Shown here: positions 37,601 to 46,700 of the stretch, in pieces | Layout: every line of letters begins with the position of its first letter | How positions within the stretch are numbered: position 1 is the first letter of the stretch | Source of the DNA: a virus | Virus record (IMG/VR): IMGVR_UViG_3300017697_000016 | Location: 2,903 to 66,902 of that record | Length of the DNA: 64,000 nucleotides | Direction: 5' to 3' (one strand) | Program-made: the position numbers and the translations under genes | The notes under the pieces: generated by a model | What the model was told of the DNA's origin: nothing | The model's database searches: none | Seen by the model: the letters and a program-made list of their open reading frames with translations, nothing else

Positions 37601-40600
37601 GTCTTGATTGTATTCAATCTTCTGCCAAAACTTCTCGACCCAGAACACAACGTCTTCTTGAATTTCGTAACGACGATCAACTAAGCGGTTGTACGCATGT
37701 GTAAGATCAGGTAATGCCCACTTGTTTGCAATTTCGATAGTTGCGTTTGCTTCTGCATTATTAATCCAGTCTAAAACATCGTCAACACGGTCTTGTGCGA
37801 ACTCTACGGACTCTGAATTGCCTGGAGTGCCTGTAATATCTTGCACTTCGGTAACACCTGGGCTTGTAGTAACAGTTGTTTCTGCAATTACTTCGCTAAT
37901 TACTGTTCTCATTCTTGCATATGCTGCAAGTGTTGCCGGAAGTTCGTCTACTGCAATAGTTAAAATAAAGTTTGAGTAATATGCACTACCTGCAACTAAA
38001 GATTGTGTGTTACCACCGTACATTAAGTCGTAACGTACTGCATCAACAATGTATCCTACGTCACGGATGCAACGTGTTTGTGTATTTGCATTAAATCCGC
38101 CCCAATATGTGTCAAATCCGTTAACAGGATCTTCTAACCAGTGACGAACTTCGTCTTTAATAAATTCTTTGTTAAGTTGTAACTGATCAGCAGCATTTCC
38201 ATACGTATTACTGTTACCCGATGGGTTAGTAGTTGTTGCAAAAGCAAGATCTGTTAATGTAGCAGTGTTATGACCAGTAATACTTGGCATAATTACGCCA
38301 GGTACTGCGCCAATACCGTTAGCAAACACATCTTTAATGATGTCTGCTAGTTCTGCTGCTTTATCTGCATATTCTCTAGTTCCTAAGTCACTTTCAATGC
38401 CTTGGGTAATTTCAAGAAGTTGTGCATTAACAAAATCTACAGTGTCAATTGACGGCTCTAGTTGATTGTTTAGTACAACTTGAGCAGATGCAATGTCTCT
38501 ACGATATGACATGCCTGCTGTAATACTACGATAGTTACTTCCAAAGATAGCATCGTATACAATAGCATCAACCATGTAACCTACATCTCGTTTACACTTA
38601 GCTTCGTTATATACTAGTGCCGGATAGCTATAGTTAATATAAGCAATAGCAGCATCTTGAATAATTTCTCTTCTAGAATCAACTACAGTTTTTAATTTTG
38701 CTAATGCAGGATCTACCCAAAGAACTGATGGATTAATAGCTGCTGGAGAATCACCTGTATCGATAGTATTAGCAATTTCGTTCATACGATCCTGCGCAAA
38801 CGCTGCTGCGCCAGCTGTACCGGCTGTACCAGTTACATCTTGTACTGTTGTATTGCCAGTTGTTCTAGTAATTGTATTTCCTGTAGCAATATCGTCAATA
38901 ATATCTGCTAAACGAGATTGTAAAGCTAGTGTTGCTGCTTTTTGCCCAGCTAGTCTAACAAATACACCATCAACATAGTATGCTCTTGCAGTAACGATAG
39001 TTTCTAAGTTACCACGATATGTTAAATCATACTCTAATGAATTAATAGAGTATCCAACATCGGCTAACCAAGCTGTTTGCTCGTCAACTGTTAACGCTGT
39101 CCATACAGCATTATACTGATCTGCTAAGTATGCTTCGGCTTCGTCGATTAAGAATTGTTTATTTGCAACAATTAGGCGTCTAGCATTAAAGAATCCAGTG
39201 TCATACCCAGTTGGGTCTGAAATTGTAGTTGCAGCAACGTTGTTATTAATAATAATATCTTTAATAACAGTATTACTATTGTTAACTGATTTAGTACCTG
39301 TTGTAATTTCTCTAACTTTAGCTCTTACAACATCAATTGTGTCAACCGTTGCTTCTAACTGATTGGCTAGAACAACTTGTGCTGATGCAATACCTCTTTG
39401 GTACGACATACCAGCTTTAATAGACCTAAATGTTGAATCAAACATAATGTCAAAACGTAGTGCATCAAGCATAAACCCAACATCACGTGAACATTTAGCA
39501 TGATCGTATACAAAGTTACTGTAAGTATTAGTAATATACTGTAATACAGCCGGAACAACACTTGTATCCGCTAATACTGCATCAGCATCTGCTTTAATAC
39601 CAGCAGCAACCCATGTTGTGCTTGGATATACTTTAGTAGGCAAGTCAATCTTATCACCTGATGTAATTACATCAACAACAATTTGTAATAACGCTGCTAC
39701 TTCTGCTTCTTCAGTTGCACCTGACATGTAATCGGTAGCAATAATAGCCAATTGTGCCATTGCTGCTGCTGATGCTGCACGTTGTGGAAGCGGCAATGCT
39801 TGTGCATAACCAATAAAGTATGCATTAGCTGCTTCAATAATTGCACTGTTGCCGCCGTATTGAATGTCGTAGCTAACTGCGTCAATAATTCTGCCAGTAT
39901 CTCTTTCACATGTTTCAACTGTGTAATCTAAGTTCGGATAGTTTGCTGCGATCCAAACTGTTAAGTCATCAATGATGTCTTGTCTGTTTGTTTGTAACTG
40001 TGTTCGTGCTGTAGTTTTTGCTGCTACTCCACCCGGGTCACTAAATGTAATAGTATCTGCGTTTGCAGTACCGTTACTAACAATGTCAATTACTTCATCC
40101 CAGTATGCTGCGTTTCTAGTAATTGCAGTAGCGTCACTCATTAATGCTGCTACAAGTGTTTTTTCTTGTGTAATAGCACCTACAGTTTCAGTTAATTGGT
40201 TGTCAATAACTTCTTTTGACATCTGTCTTCTGTAAGAAAGACCGTCACGTACAGCATTATAGTTTGTGTTTAGTGCAACATCATATGCTGAGTTAGTTTG
40301 TAGCAATCCTGAATCTCTGCGACACTTAGCACTGTCATAAGTATAATCGCCGTAGTTTGTGTTAACGTGATCAATAACTGCATTTTGTATAGTTGCAGTT
40401 TGTGCTACAATATTAGTATTAACTGTTGTTAATGTTGCTGGAACCCAAGTAAGATCTGGAGCAACCGGTGTTGGCAATGTGCCATCGTTGTCAATACAGT
40501 CATAAATTTCTTGAATACGTGTATCTGTAAAAGTTTCGGCAGCTGCACTACCTGGTGTACCTGTAACATCTTGTGTTAACGTATTTCCAGAAGTTGGCGT

Positions 40601-43600
40601 AATAGCTGTTTCAGTAATTACGTCACCAATAATTGATTTTAAATGTGCATATGTTGCAAGTGTTTCGTCTTTCTTGCCTGTACCGTATACTGGATTACCG
40701 TTAACAAAGTAACTTCTTGCAGCAACAGTAGTTTCTAAATTGCCGCCATACGTTAAGTCGTAACGCAATGCATCAATAATGTATTTTGTATCTCTTTCGC
40801 AATTTGCAGTGTCAAAAGTAAAGTCTGCGGCAAATGGTGCAATTACATTAGTAACTTGGAATTGGATCCATGCTGTTTGTTCTGCAACAATAAAGTCAAT
40901 GTTTGCTTCAATTTGTGCAATTGCATCAGCGTGTCCTGCATCACTTGCATTATTTGCTCCACTTGTAGGAGTACTTCCTACAGCAGGCAACGCTGGAAGT
41001 ACATCTAAACCTTCTTGTAAGATTTCAGTAATTAATCCAGTGCCAACTGCTAATCTGTTTGATGCTGCTGTGTTTCCTGCATAACCATTAACATATTCTT
41101 GTACTGTTGTATTACCAGTTGTTTTAGTAATATCGATATTTTGTAACACATCTGGAATAACTTCTTTAATTCTCTTTAATGCGCTAGTAGCTTTATTACT
41201 GTCAGTTGCTAGTAATGGAGTAGCTGGTGCTGGTTGTACAACAGATGTACGTAGTTCGTCGCCAACAATAGCTGTAAATTCTGGCACAACAATTGGAAGA
41301 ACTTCATTGTATGTACCTGTTTTAATAAACACTGTAGTATTTGGATTAGTTGCTGTCGGGACTGCTGTTGCCGACCCTGCTGCGATGCCAGTAGTAATAA
41401 TATCTACTAGTCCAGCTGCTTTGGTCTTTGCAGTTTCTTCAGCTGTTAACGATAGATCAATAATTTGTACTGCTCTCTCGTCTCTAGGAATATTATTTAA
41501 ATGTTGAAAACTAACAGGCTGTTTGTTATTTAATACTGTGCCAATAATACTTTTTAATTGTGTATATGCTTCAACAGTTTGTACGTCCTGTGAACCAAAT
41601 GTTCCATTAATATACAAGTTACCTGCAACTGTGTAGTATGCTTTTGCTGCCTCAACAGTTTTAGATGTTCCGCCTCTTGAAACATCGTAAATTACCGCGT
41701 CAACAATATAGCCAGTGTCTCTTTCACATTTTACAGAATCGTATGCTAAGTCACCTACCATTTGTCCTACACCAGTTGTTAGGATTCTTGGAATGTTACT
41801 ATTTTGAATGTCGCTAATGCGGAATGTTGTACTAGTAATAATCTGATCAACAAAGTAAATTGTTCCAGCAGTGACGCCGCCTAGTGTACCGTCAAATACA
41901 ATTGGCATGCCTCTGTCTAATTTTGAAGTATCTGAACAAGTAAATGTCTGTGTACCAGTTGTTGCTTCTGTAATATTAACTCTATATGTATATTTTACCC
42001 AGTTTGTAATTTCCTTCATAAAGAACTCTTTGTTGTTCTTTAAGATATGTTTTGCTTCTGGATTTAGATAACCGTCACGCACTTGCTCTAACGCATAACG
42101 TACACTTCTCCAAGGTTTGTCAATTGTTAAGCCGGATGCAGGAGCTGGCTCGTTAGTTCCTAGTGGTCCGATATACACAACGTTGTCAATTAGACCGTAG
42201 TTTGCCCAGGCCGGTACGCCGTCAGTAGCACGTAAAATTTGTCCATCAATGCCTACTGGCAATCTTGTTGGACCATTTTCACCATAGTAAACCATGTCGC
42301 CGTCAGTAGTTAACGCAAATGCTTCACTACCAAGTGTTAATAGATTCCAATATGCTGCTGTTAGATCGTTATCTGGTCTGTCATCAACTGTAGCAGTATG
42401 TTTCGTAATAGCAATAAAGCTACTTGCGCCATATACTACAACATCGCCTACTGCATATGCTTGTCCAAGTTTCCATGTAGAGGATACACCTGTATGTGTT
42501 ACGCCTGTTACTTCACCTGCGTTAATAGCTGAAACTGTTACAGTTAAATCGTTTGCTGGGCTTGTGCCGCCAATAATATCACCTGTAATCTGAATGACGT
42601 CATTTACTGCATACCCTGTTCCAGCAAAGCCTGTTGAAACAGTAACAGTGTAAACTGTTTTAGATTTAACAATGTCAAATCTTACGCCAGAACCAGAACC
42701 AATTAAGTTGGTACCCTGTGCCTGGAGGAATGTCTCTGTACTAATAGTCCAGTTAATGCCAGTGTTTAAAACTTCCCATGCCGCAGCTGGTGGTTCAGTT
42801 CCTACGTTGTCAGTTTGTGCAACATATGTGTTGCCTCCTAGACGTACTACATCGCCAACTTTATAATTTGTTAATACAGCCCAATCGCCTTGGAATTTAA
42901 ATCCAGTAGTAAAAACATCCCAGTCATCTGGGTTAGCAGTTGGTTGACTATTTGTATTATTTGTTTTAGCAACATAGACATATCCGCCGTATGTTACTGT
43001 ATCTCCGATTTGGTAGTTAGATAAGTTAGTCCATGAATTCTCAAATTGGAACCCTTCAACAAATGATTCCCAATATGATTCATCTGCTTCAAAGTCTACT
43101 GAGCTGTGTGCCGCAGTAGCAATCCAAACATTACCACCGTATTTTACTAAGTCGTTAACACGGTATCTTGTTGCTGTTACCCATTCGCCTGTATAAACTA
43201 GACCTTCACTAAACAGCGTCCACTTAGCTTGATCACTTTCAAGTCCTAGTGTATCTGTAGTGGCAGAAACGTGTGCAGTATTACAAACATAAACATAACT
43301 TCCGTAGCGTACTAAGTCGTTAATTTTATATCTAGTAGTATTAGTCCAACTAGCTTTCCAATCAAACGATGTAGCAAAACTTGTCCAATCATCTAGGTTG
43401 GCTTCGAGACCTAAATAATCAGGTGCTACAAATGTAGCCGATGTATGACCGCTTTCGCAAATGTAAACATTAGCACCGTACTTAACAACGTCACCTGGAG
43501 CATATTCTACTTCAGGCGCCCAGTCAGCTTTCCAACTCGTTCCGTCTGAAACAATGTCCCACTTGGGGATGTCGCTTTCGAAATCTGTATTAAATTCTGT

Positions 43601-43735
43601 ATTAGATGTATGATTCTGAATACAAATGTAAGATTTACCGCCGAAACTTACAACGTCATCAGCAACGTATCCTACGTTTGCTGCCCAATCGCCTTGCCAT
43701 ACAAAACGGATTCTACCTAGTTTAAACTCTGCCAT
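31679..43735 (-). CDS. Giant virion structural/fibre protein (4018 aa)
   Basis: N-terminal W..Y..GD.V.YGG repeats (CBM5/12-like), split beta-helix, 12 helical CxRD-type repeats, YGNG-type propeller repeats, STDQDGNF C-terminal module. Confidence 0.85.
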   Translation of the reverse strand: MAEFKLGRIRFVWQGDWAANVGYVADDVVSFGGKSYICIQNHTSNTEFNTDFESDIPKWDIVSDGTSWKADWAPEVEYAPGDVVKYGANVYICESGHTSATFVAPDYLGLEANLDDWTSFATSFDWKASWTNTTRYKINDLVRYGSYVYVCNTAHVSATTDTLGLESDQAKWTLFSEGLVYTGEWVTATRYRVNDLVKYGGNVWIATAAHSSVDFEADESYWESFVEGFQFENSWTNLSNYQIGDTVTYGGYVYVAKTNNTNSQPTANPDDWDVFTTGFKFQGDWAVLTNYKVGDVVRLGGNTYVAQTDNVGTEPPAAAWEVLNTGINWTISTETFLQAQGTNLIGSGSGVRFDIVKSKTVYTVTVSTGFAGTGYAVNDVIQITGDIIGGTSPANDLTVTVSAINAGEVTGVTHTGVSSTWKLGQAYAVGDVVVYGASSFIAITKHTATVDDRPDNDLTAAYWNLLTLGSEAFALTTDGDMVYYGENGPTRLPVGIDGQILRATDGVPAWANYGLIDNVVYIGPLGTNEPAPASGLTIDKPWRSVRYALEQVRDGYLNPEAKHILKNNKEFFMKEITNWVKYTYRVNITEATTGTQTFTCSDTSKLDRGMPIVFDGTLGGVTAGTIYFVDQIITSTTFRISDIQNSNIPRILTTGVGQMVGDLAYDSVKCERDTGYIVDAVIYDVSRGGTSKTVEAAKAYYTVAGNLYINGTFGSQDVQTVEAYTQLKSIIGTVLNNKQPVSFQHLNNIPRDERAVQIIDLSLTAEETAKTKAAGLVDIITTGIAAGSATAVPTATNPNTTVFIKTGTYNEVLPIVVPEFTAIVGDELRTSVVQPAPATPLLATDSNKATSALKRIKEVIPDVLQNIDITKTTGNTTVQEYVNGYAGNTAASNRLAVGTGLITEILQEGLDVLPALPAVGSTPTSGANNASDAGHADAIAQIEANIDFIVAEQTAWIQFQVTNVIAPFAADFTFDTANCERDTKYIIDALRYDLTYGGNLETTVAARSYFVNGNPVYGTGKKDETLATYAHLKSIIGDVITETAITPTSGNTLTQDVTGTPGSAAAETFTDTRIQEIYDCIDNDGTLPTPVAPDLTWVPATLTTVNTNIVAQTATIQNAVIDHVNTNYGDYTYDSAKCRRDSGLLQTNSAYDVALNTNYNAVRDGLSYRRQMSKEVIDNQLTETVGAITQEKTLVAALMSDATAITRNAAYWDEVIDIVSNGTANADTITFSDPGGVAAKTTARTQLQTNRQDIIDDLTVWIAANYPNLDYTVETCERDTGRIIDAVSYDIQYGGNSAIIEAANAYFIGYAQALPLPQRAASAAAMAQLAIIATDYMSGATEEAEVAALLQIVVDVITSGDKIDLPTKVYPSTTWVAAGIKADADAVLADTSVVPAVLQYITNTYSNFVYDHAKCSRDVGFMLDALRFDIMFDSTFRSIKAGMSYQRGIASAQVVLANQLEATVDTIDVVRAKVREITTGTKSVNNSNTVIKDIIINNNVAATTISDPTGYDTGFFNARRLIVANKQFLIDEAEAYLADQYNAVWTALTVDEQTAWLADVGYSINSLEYDLTYRGNLETIVTARAYYVDGVFVRLAGQKAATLALQSRLADIIDDIATGNTITRTTGNTTVQDVTGTAGTAGAAAFAQDRMNEIANTIDTGDSPAAINPSVLWVDPALAKLKTVVDSRREIIQDAAIAYINYSYPALVYNEAKCKRDVGYMVDAIVYDAIFGSNYRSITAGMSYRRDIASAQVVLNNQLEPSIDTVDFVNAQLLEITQGIESDLGTREYADKAAELADIIKDVFANGIGAVPGVIMPSITGHNTATLTDLAFATTTNPSGNSNTYGNAADQLQLNKEFIKDEVRHWLEDPVNGFDTYWGGFNANTQTRCIRDVGYIVDAVRYDLMYGGNTQSLVAGSAYYSNFILTIAVDELPATLAAYARMRTVISEVIAETTVTTSPGVTEVQDITGTPGNSESVEFAQDRVDDVLDWINNAEANATIEIANKWALPDLTHAYNRLVDRRYEIQEDVVFWVEKFWQKIEYNQDTCRRDAGLMVDAITRDLLTGSNFASIIAGRSYYRGLSSTKEVRDNEKLATIGAVNFLKQKLRHVAATTAAAHADIIIDDITNYINGGKLPALQVLPLLDLAIYETTTQAAATTIWENKEFIKVEILAYLDENYPNISYSRDKCVRDVGLAVDALRYDLTYGGNSASQQVGISYYLGTGAEDIVIDPDDKAATVAAFEHMQFIVDELAQNRLDSPGALQFKIAPKFRDANTQVVGTPADGDTAFALAGDIVNLIESGPGARGTADVESIASNVITTVDPHGLKAGDEISVSTDFGGMISEIVYYIRTAPTTTTLTLSDTFGGIEYVLEDEAPGGLGGAIGSLIIERKVADLTDVSASLQQQYTNLQGSKSAIQQTIIEYLAENYPTLVYNEAKCRRDVGLIVDAVGYDMMLHSNYKTTVAALSYARGAQAEIVLEKQKTATVQSYRELKNQIATFVTNDKVAVKRCNELMDIIIQMLDKGVGETPEMTGTITYYNDVQTIKGVDILKANSKFLAQEAIAHVEQSFGGTATGIADSPGTITFSAAHNFIKGDPIYFDENAFGGLVADTTYYVSSVPSLTTITVAATVGQVGNDPIVLDGGVGTSVARYKFNETAFRIDMERYIEAIAYDLQYPGNYKSLRQAELYLNAVNGSERSDMFYVRNSTGVRNQTLNGLRGNLTELNEFGTRRPTAGAYVSLDPGFGPWDKEAWIGNKSPYVQNVTTFGVGCVGNKIDGALHAGGNRSTVSNDFTQVLSDGIGVWCTGNNSLTELVSVFAYYNYSGYIADLGGRIRATNGNSSYGTYGVIAEGTDTGEVPILAEVNNKSADAFASEVPTDGSAIMRLEFDNAGRNYTNAQFALSGSGFNATCIMDEYRDGGVFETRLIDLNDNNGVGGSDYVTAKNVAQGGSPIHVTIAATDTALGGGYNGMRIQITAGTGVGQYGNILGFNNGTKVATVYKDNVGPFTVTDTNATGNVVTLTGPTEQIYVGMPVYVASSVGGLLIGNTPSNVYYVITDNRDGTVVLSEEEGGTAVTLTTTTGQTVAMYEAGWEHSIPGNPIAASLDLTTGYTIEPRITYQSPGFSSTATTVTSNAYEVATYANGNFYGLPYGADQVIQSADGETWTDIGTLPSAANWSDVTFGGGTGVEAEVIIGGLGGSGAVLTCELGELNSIGLPGPTQIAKVTVVDGGKGYTTAPTITFIPTSGGGGASAVCTVLNGSIQDVIITSTGAGYGAVPNVQADTDKVTEVKVIQTGRGYKTPPTITLTGGGATTQATLVPTMDNEGVAFITIGLDIDNNILNGAGYTTQPTITIEDTNAKFVAVATGSVTNASITLADIEAGNNWTAGSVLPNANFVSVIYGNGTYVAVGGAGGVGSGASSTDGSTWTGRAMPALGAGTYSSVAYGQGKFIAVNTGGVGTTVSTNGIVWTAGGNLPTSAAWVDVVYGNGRFVTIANGARDVAYSIDEGVTWYAAPGGLPSGADWKTIKYAQGLFVCVAETSDKVATSWDGIVWTEETLSASGAWHGLAHGRATGQQPRWVALTNAADTVATLIATGSTARARLSEADGAIVTTRMIEPGSAYPNGNATSTTAANTITIDSTARLQIGQPITFYGLSTATLNDNQVYYVNTIPSTTEITVSLIANTGIPVTVATSAPTGATWKAGPLHVIVDPNSTEVAPIHARQGNGVLGNPTFTNRGTGYQTATSEGAGDGFADLFQPATFVAVRGLFDLPEPGSNVEFTGIDGTWFKLVAVNAVVGEAGDYSATLQISPGLTVLQAPLDGVQITATNKYSQVRLTGHDFLYIGTGNQAKTNYPYVDITTSSVARQQLSSGGGRVFFTSTDQDGNFNVGGLFGVQQSTGTATLDADAFNLAGLQSLQLQGIGLGIGSAIITQFSTDPFFTANSDSIVPTQRAIKSYITAQIGGGQSSLNVNTLTAGVVFIANDEITTTSGGQLNIKAKMNFTGGIDGAPVALGFFLAR
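35668..42050 (-). repeat. 12 alpha-helical repeats, consensus N.EFI..E...Y....Y...KC.RDVG..VDA..YDL.YG.N
   Basis: Ten copies keep CxRD (near 41720, 40795, 40318, 39905, 39488, 38590, 38065, 37590, 37168, 36418); two copies lack it. Confidence 0.9.
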
Positions 43736-43760
43736 TTTTATTTAATACTCCATGTTCATG

Positions 43761-43766
43761 TATTTA
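43761..43766 (-). promoter_or_regulatory. Late promoter TAAATA
   Basis: In the 33-bp gap upstream of the 4018-aa gene, before its GGAG SD. Confidence 0.6.
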
Positions 43767-43768
43767 TC

Positions 43769-46700
43769 TTATTGTTGTCCATCACGTGTCGGATCGGCAA
43801 AAGTCTTGGTAAAATACGCTAATGCTAAACCATCTCCACCCCAACCACTATTACCAAAGACACCTGTAAAGTTTGCTTTGGTTGTAATTTTAATTTCCCA
43901 TCCTTCACCACCTTCTTGTACTGTGGATGTAATCTCATCTGGGCCACCTACTTTAACAGTACCTGCTGTTAGCAAGCCTGTAAATGTATCTGAACCACCT
44001 TGCGACAAACGACTTGTTAAGTAAGTCTTAATCGCTCGTTGAGTTGGTACTAACTGATTCGAGTTTGCTGTAAATGTGCCGTCTGTACTAAACGCTTTAA
44101 CAACAACAGGTGATCCACCAAGTGCAACACCACCAATACTCAATTCACTCAATCCATCAAGTCCAAACTCGTCAGCACTTAGTGTAACAATACCCGTTGC
44201 CTGTTCAACAGCAAACAAGTCGCCAACTCTAAAGTTACCATCTTGGTCTGTACTTGAGTAAAACACACGACCGTTGTTTGTTTCTTGAACTTCGTCTTGT
44301 GGTTCAAGTCCTGTATTTTCAGGAAGCAACGGATAGTTAGACTGTAGTTGGTTACCAAAACCAATGTTTAAGAAGTCATGGTTTGTTAAACGTACTTGAC
44401 TAAATCTACTACGAATAGTAAACGCTGTGTCGTGTGCTGGAGTATCTGCTTGTGTTAGTCCTGGAGAAAGTTGTATCTCAGCCTCTAAGTTCGGAACTGT
44501 TGTTCCTCTAATTGTAGTTGACTTAGCAACTCTATATACTTCCGGGTTGCCTTCGAACTCGACGTTATCGCCTGGTTGCGGAACACGAGTAATATTTCTA
44601 CAAACAATTTTTAAGCCAGTTTGGAATGAGTCAGAGAATCCGCTACCAGTAATAGCAATTGCTGTTGAAGATGTACTATAACCAAATCCTTGATTTGCAA
44701 ATGTCGGAGCGCCTAGTACACCATCGCCAATACGAGCTGTAAACAACGCATCTTCAGAGTTGTTAGGATCCGTAACTGTTAATGTGGGCACTGAAGTATA
44801 TCCAGAACCCGGAGTTAGTATACTAATACTTGTAATTTTTCCATCAGTAATAGTTGGTCTTGCTAGTGCCTTAGTTCCGATACTAAATTGGCTTGTGTTA
44901 GCATCCTCGTCAATTGTTATGAAATACCCTTTTCTAGTTGTCTTATCAAAAGTAAATCCTAATGCTGAATACGATGCAGATGCTAGTGTAAATGTATGCC
45001 AATCTAACCCATCAATTGACTGGTAAAGTTTATTAGTTTCTGAATCAATTAATGCAAACGATCCGTTGCCATATGTAAGCAAATTACCCTTAACAAGTAA
45101 GTTAGAAGCATACCATGTTACAGCATCAAAACTGTATACAGCTGATCTTGAATCTGTTGATGTTGCAACAAATCGTCCATTACCGTATTCAATTTTATTC
45201 CAGTTAGTTACTGTACTATCTAACGAAGTGTCAACTGACGCAGTGTTCCAAGTTTCGCCGTTAGTTTTTGAATATATAACAGTATTGCTTGAACTATCAA
45301 TTGCTACAAACGTTTCGTTACCATATGCAATATCAACCCAATCATCGTCTGCAAATAGTAAATTAGTTCTAGTCCAAGTAGCACAATTATCTGTAGAGTA
45401 TGCACTAGTTTCGCCATCTCTAGCAATAGCAACAAATACACCGTTACCGTATGTTACAGATTTATAGCTGCCAGTCGTTAGTGTTGGAAGATTAACTGTT
45501 AACCAGGTTAACCCGCCTGAAACTGAATACAAGCAGTTTTGGCCTGTACTTGACATTATGAACCAAGTGTTATTACCAAACGTGCCGTTAATCCATCCAC
45601 CGTTGTAGTTTGGATTATTCCCTCCAAGCCCGTCATCTAATGAAGTATCACCTGCTACAGGTAGTTCAATTTCTACATTCCAGTTTGCAAAATCAGTTGT
45701 TGATCTTACATAAGTTCCAGTAAGTGGTACTGCTAACACAGTAAATCCGTCGGTTAAAATAGTTTGGTATCCCCATCCAACCGGTAATGCAGACATTGCA
45801 GTTTGAGTAAATCCTGGAGCACTAAATGTTACTCTTGGCTCAATTTGGTAAACTGATGTTGAATCCATACTAGGAACTGCCGGTGTTCCTGGATTAATAT
45901 GATCCCACCCAACTGCGCCAATTTGCATAGAGCCTGTATCGTCTGTTAGTGCAACAGGTGCACCGTCCAATGTTGCCGATACTTGTAGTTCTAATGGTGT
46001 TACGCCGCCTGTTGGAAATGCCATTATTGTCATGTTACCATTGTACGGATCGCCGTTAACTCCTCCTGAGAATGGACTAAAGTTTTTAGTTCCAATTGAA
46101 ATCAGTGCGCCAGCTGCTGGAGTACTCGGTAGCCAAGGATCGCCGGAAATTATAAGTTCTAAGTTTCCATATACACTGTCTGTAATATAGATAATATCAT
46201 CTTCAACTAAGTTTTGTAAGTAAGTTAAAAATGCAGCATCAGGAGTTGCATCTATTTCGATGCTAAACACACTATCTGCCCAGCCAGTGTTTGCTGAAAT
46301 CCAGTTACCAGTAACGTTATAAGCATCTGACGGAATGTCCGCAAATTTATCAAGTACATAGTATGTTGCACCTGCTGTAATTCCACCGTATGTTTCAGTG
46401 AAGAAAGACGATCCCATTGTTTTGCCGCCGTCTGACTCAACTTCTTCTTTTGCACCTGGAGTTTGCGCAGCCATTGTTGCGCCAGTTGCGTCTGTAACTA
46501 CAAGTGTTGCTCCTGCTGTTCTAGTAATAATATTACCTGTTGCTGTCGACAGTGCAACAGCTGATCCCGCTGGTGTCTCAGAAATTGTAAATGACGTAGC
46601 ATCGTTAACAACCTGTACATAGTAAACTTTATCATTTACTAAGCCACCGAATACTGTACCTGTAAAGATAACTGGTGATCCAGAAACAAATCCTGCTGTA

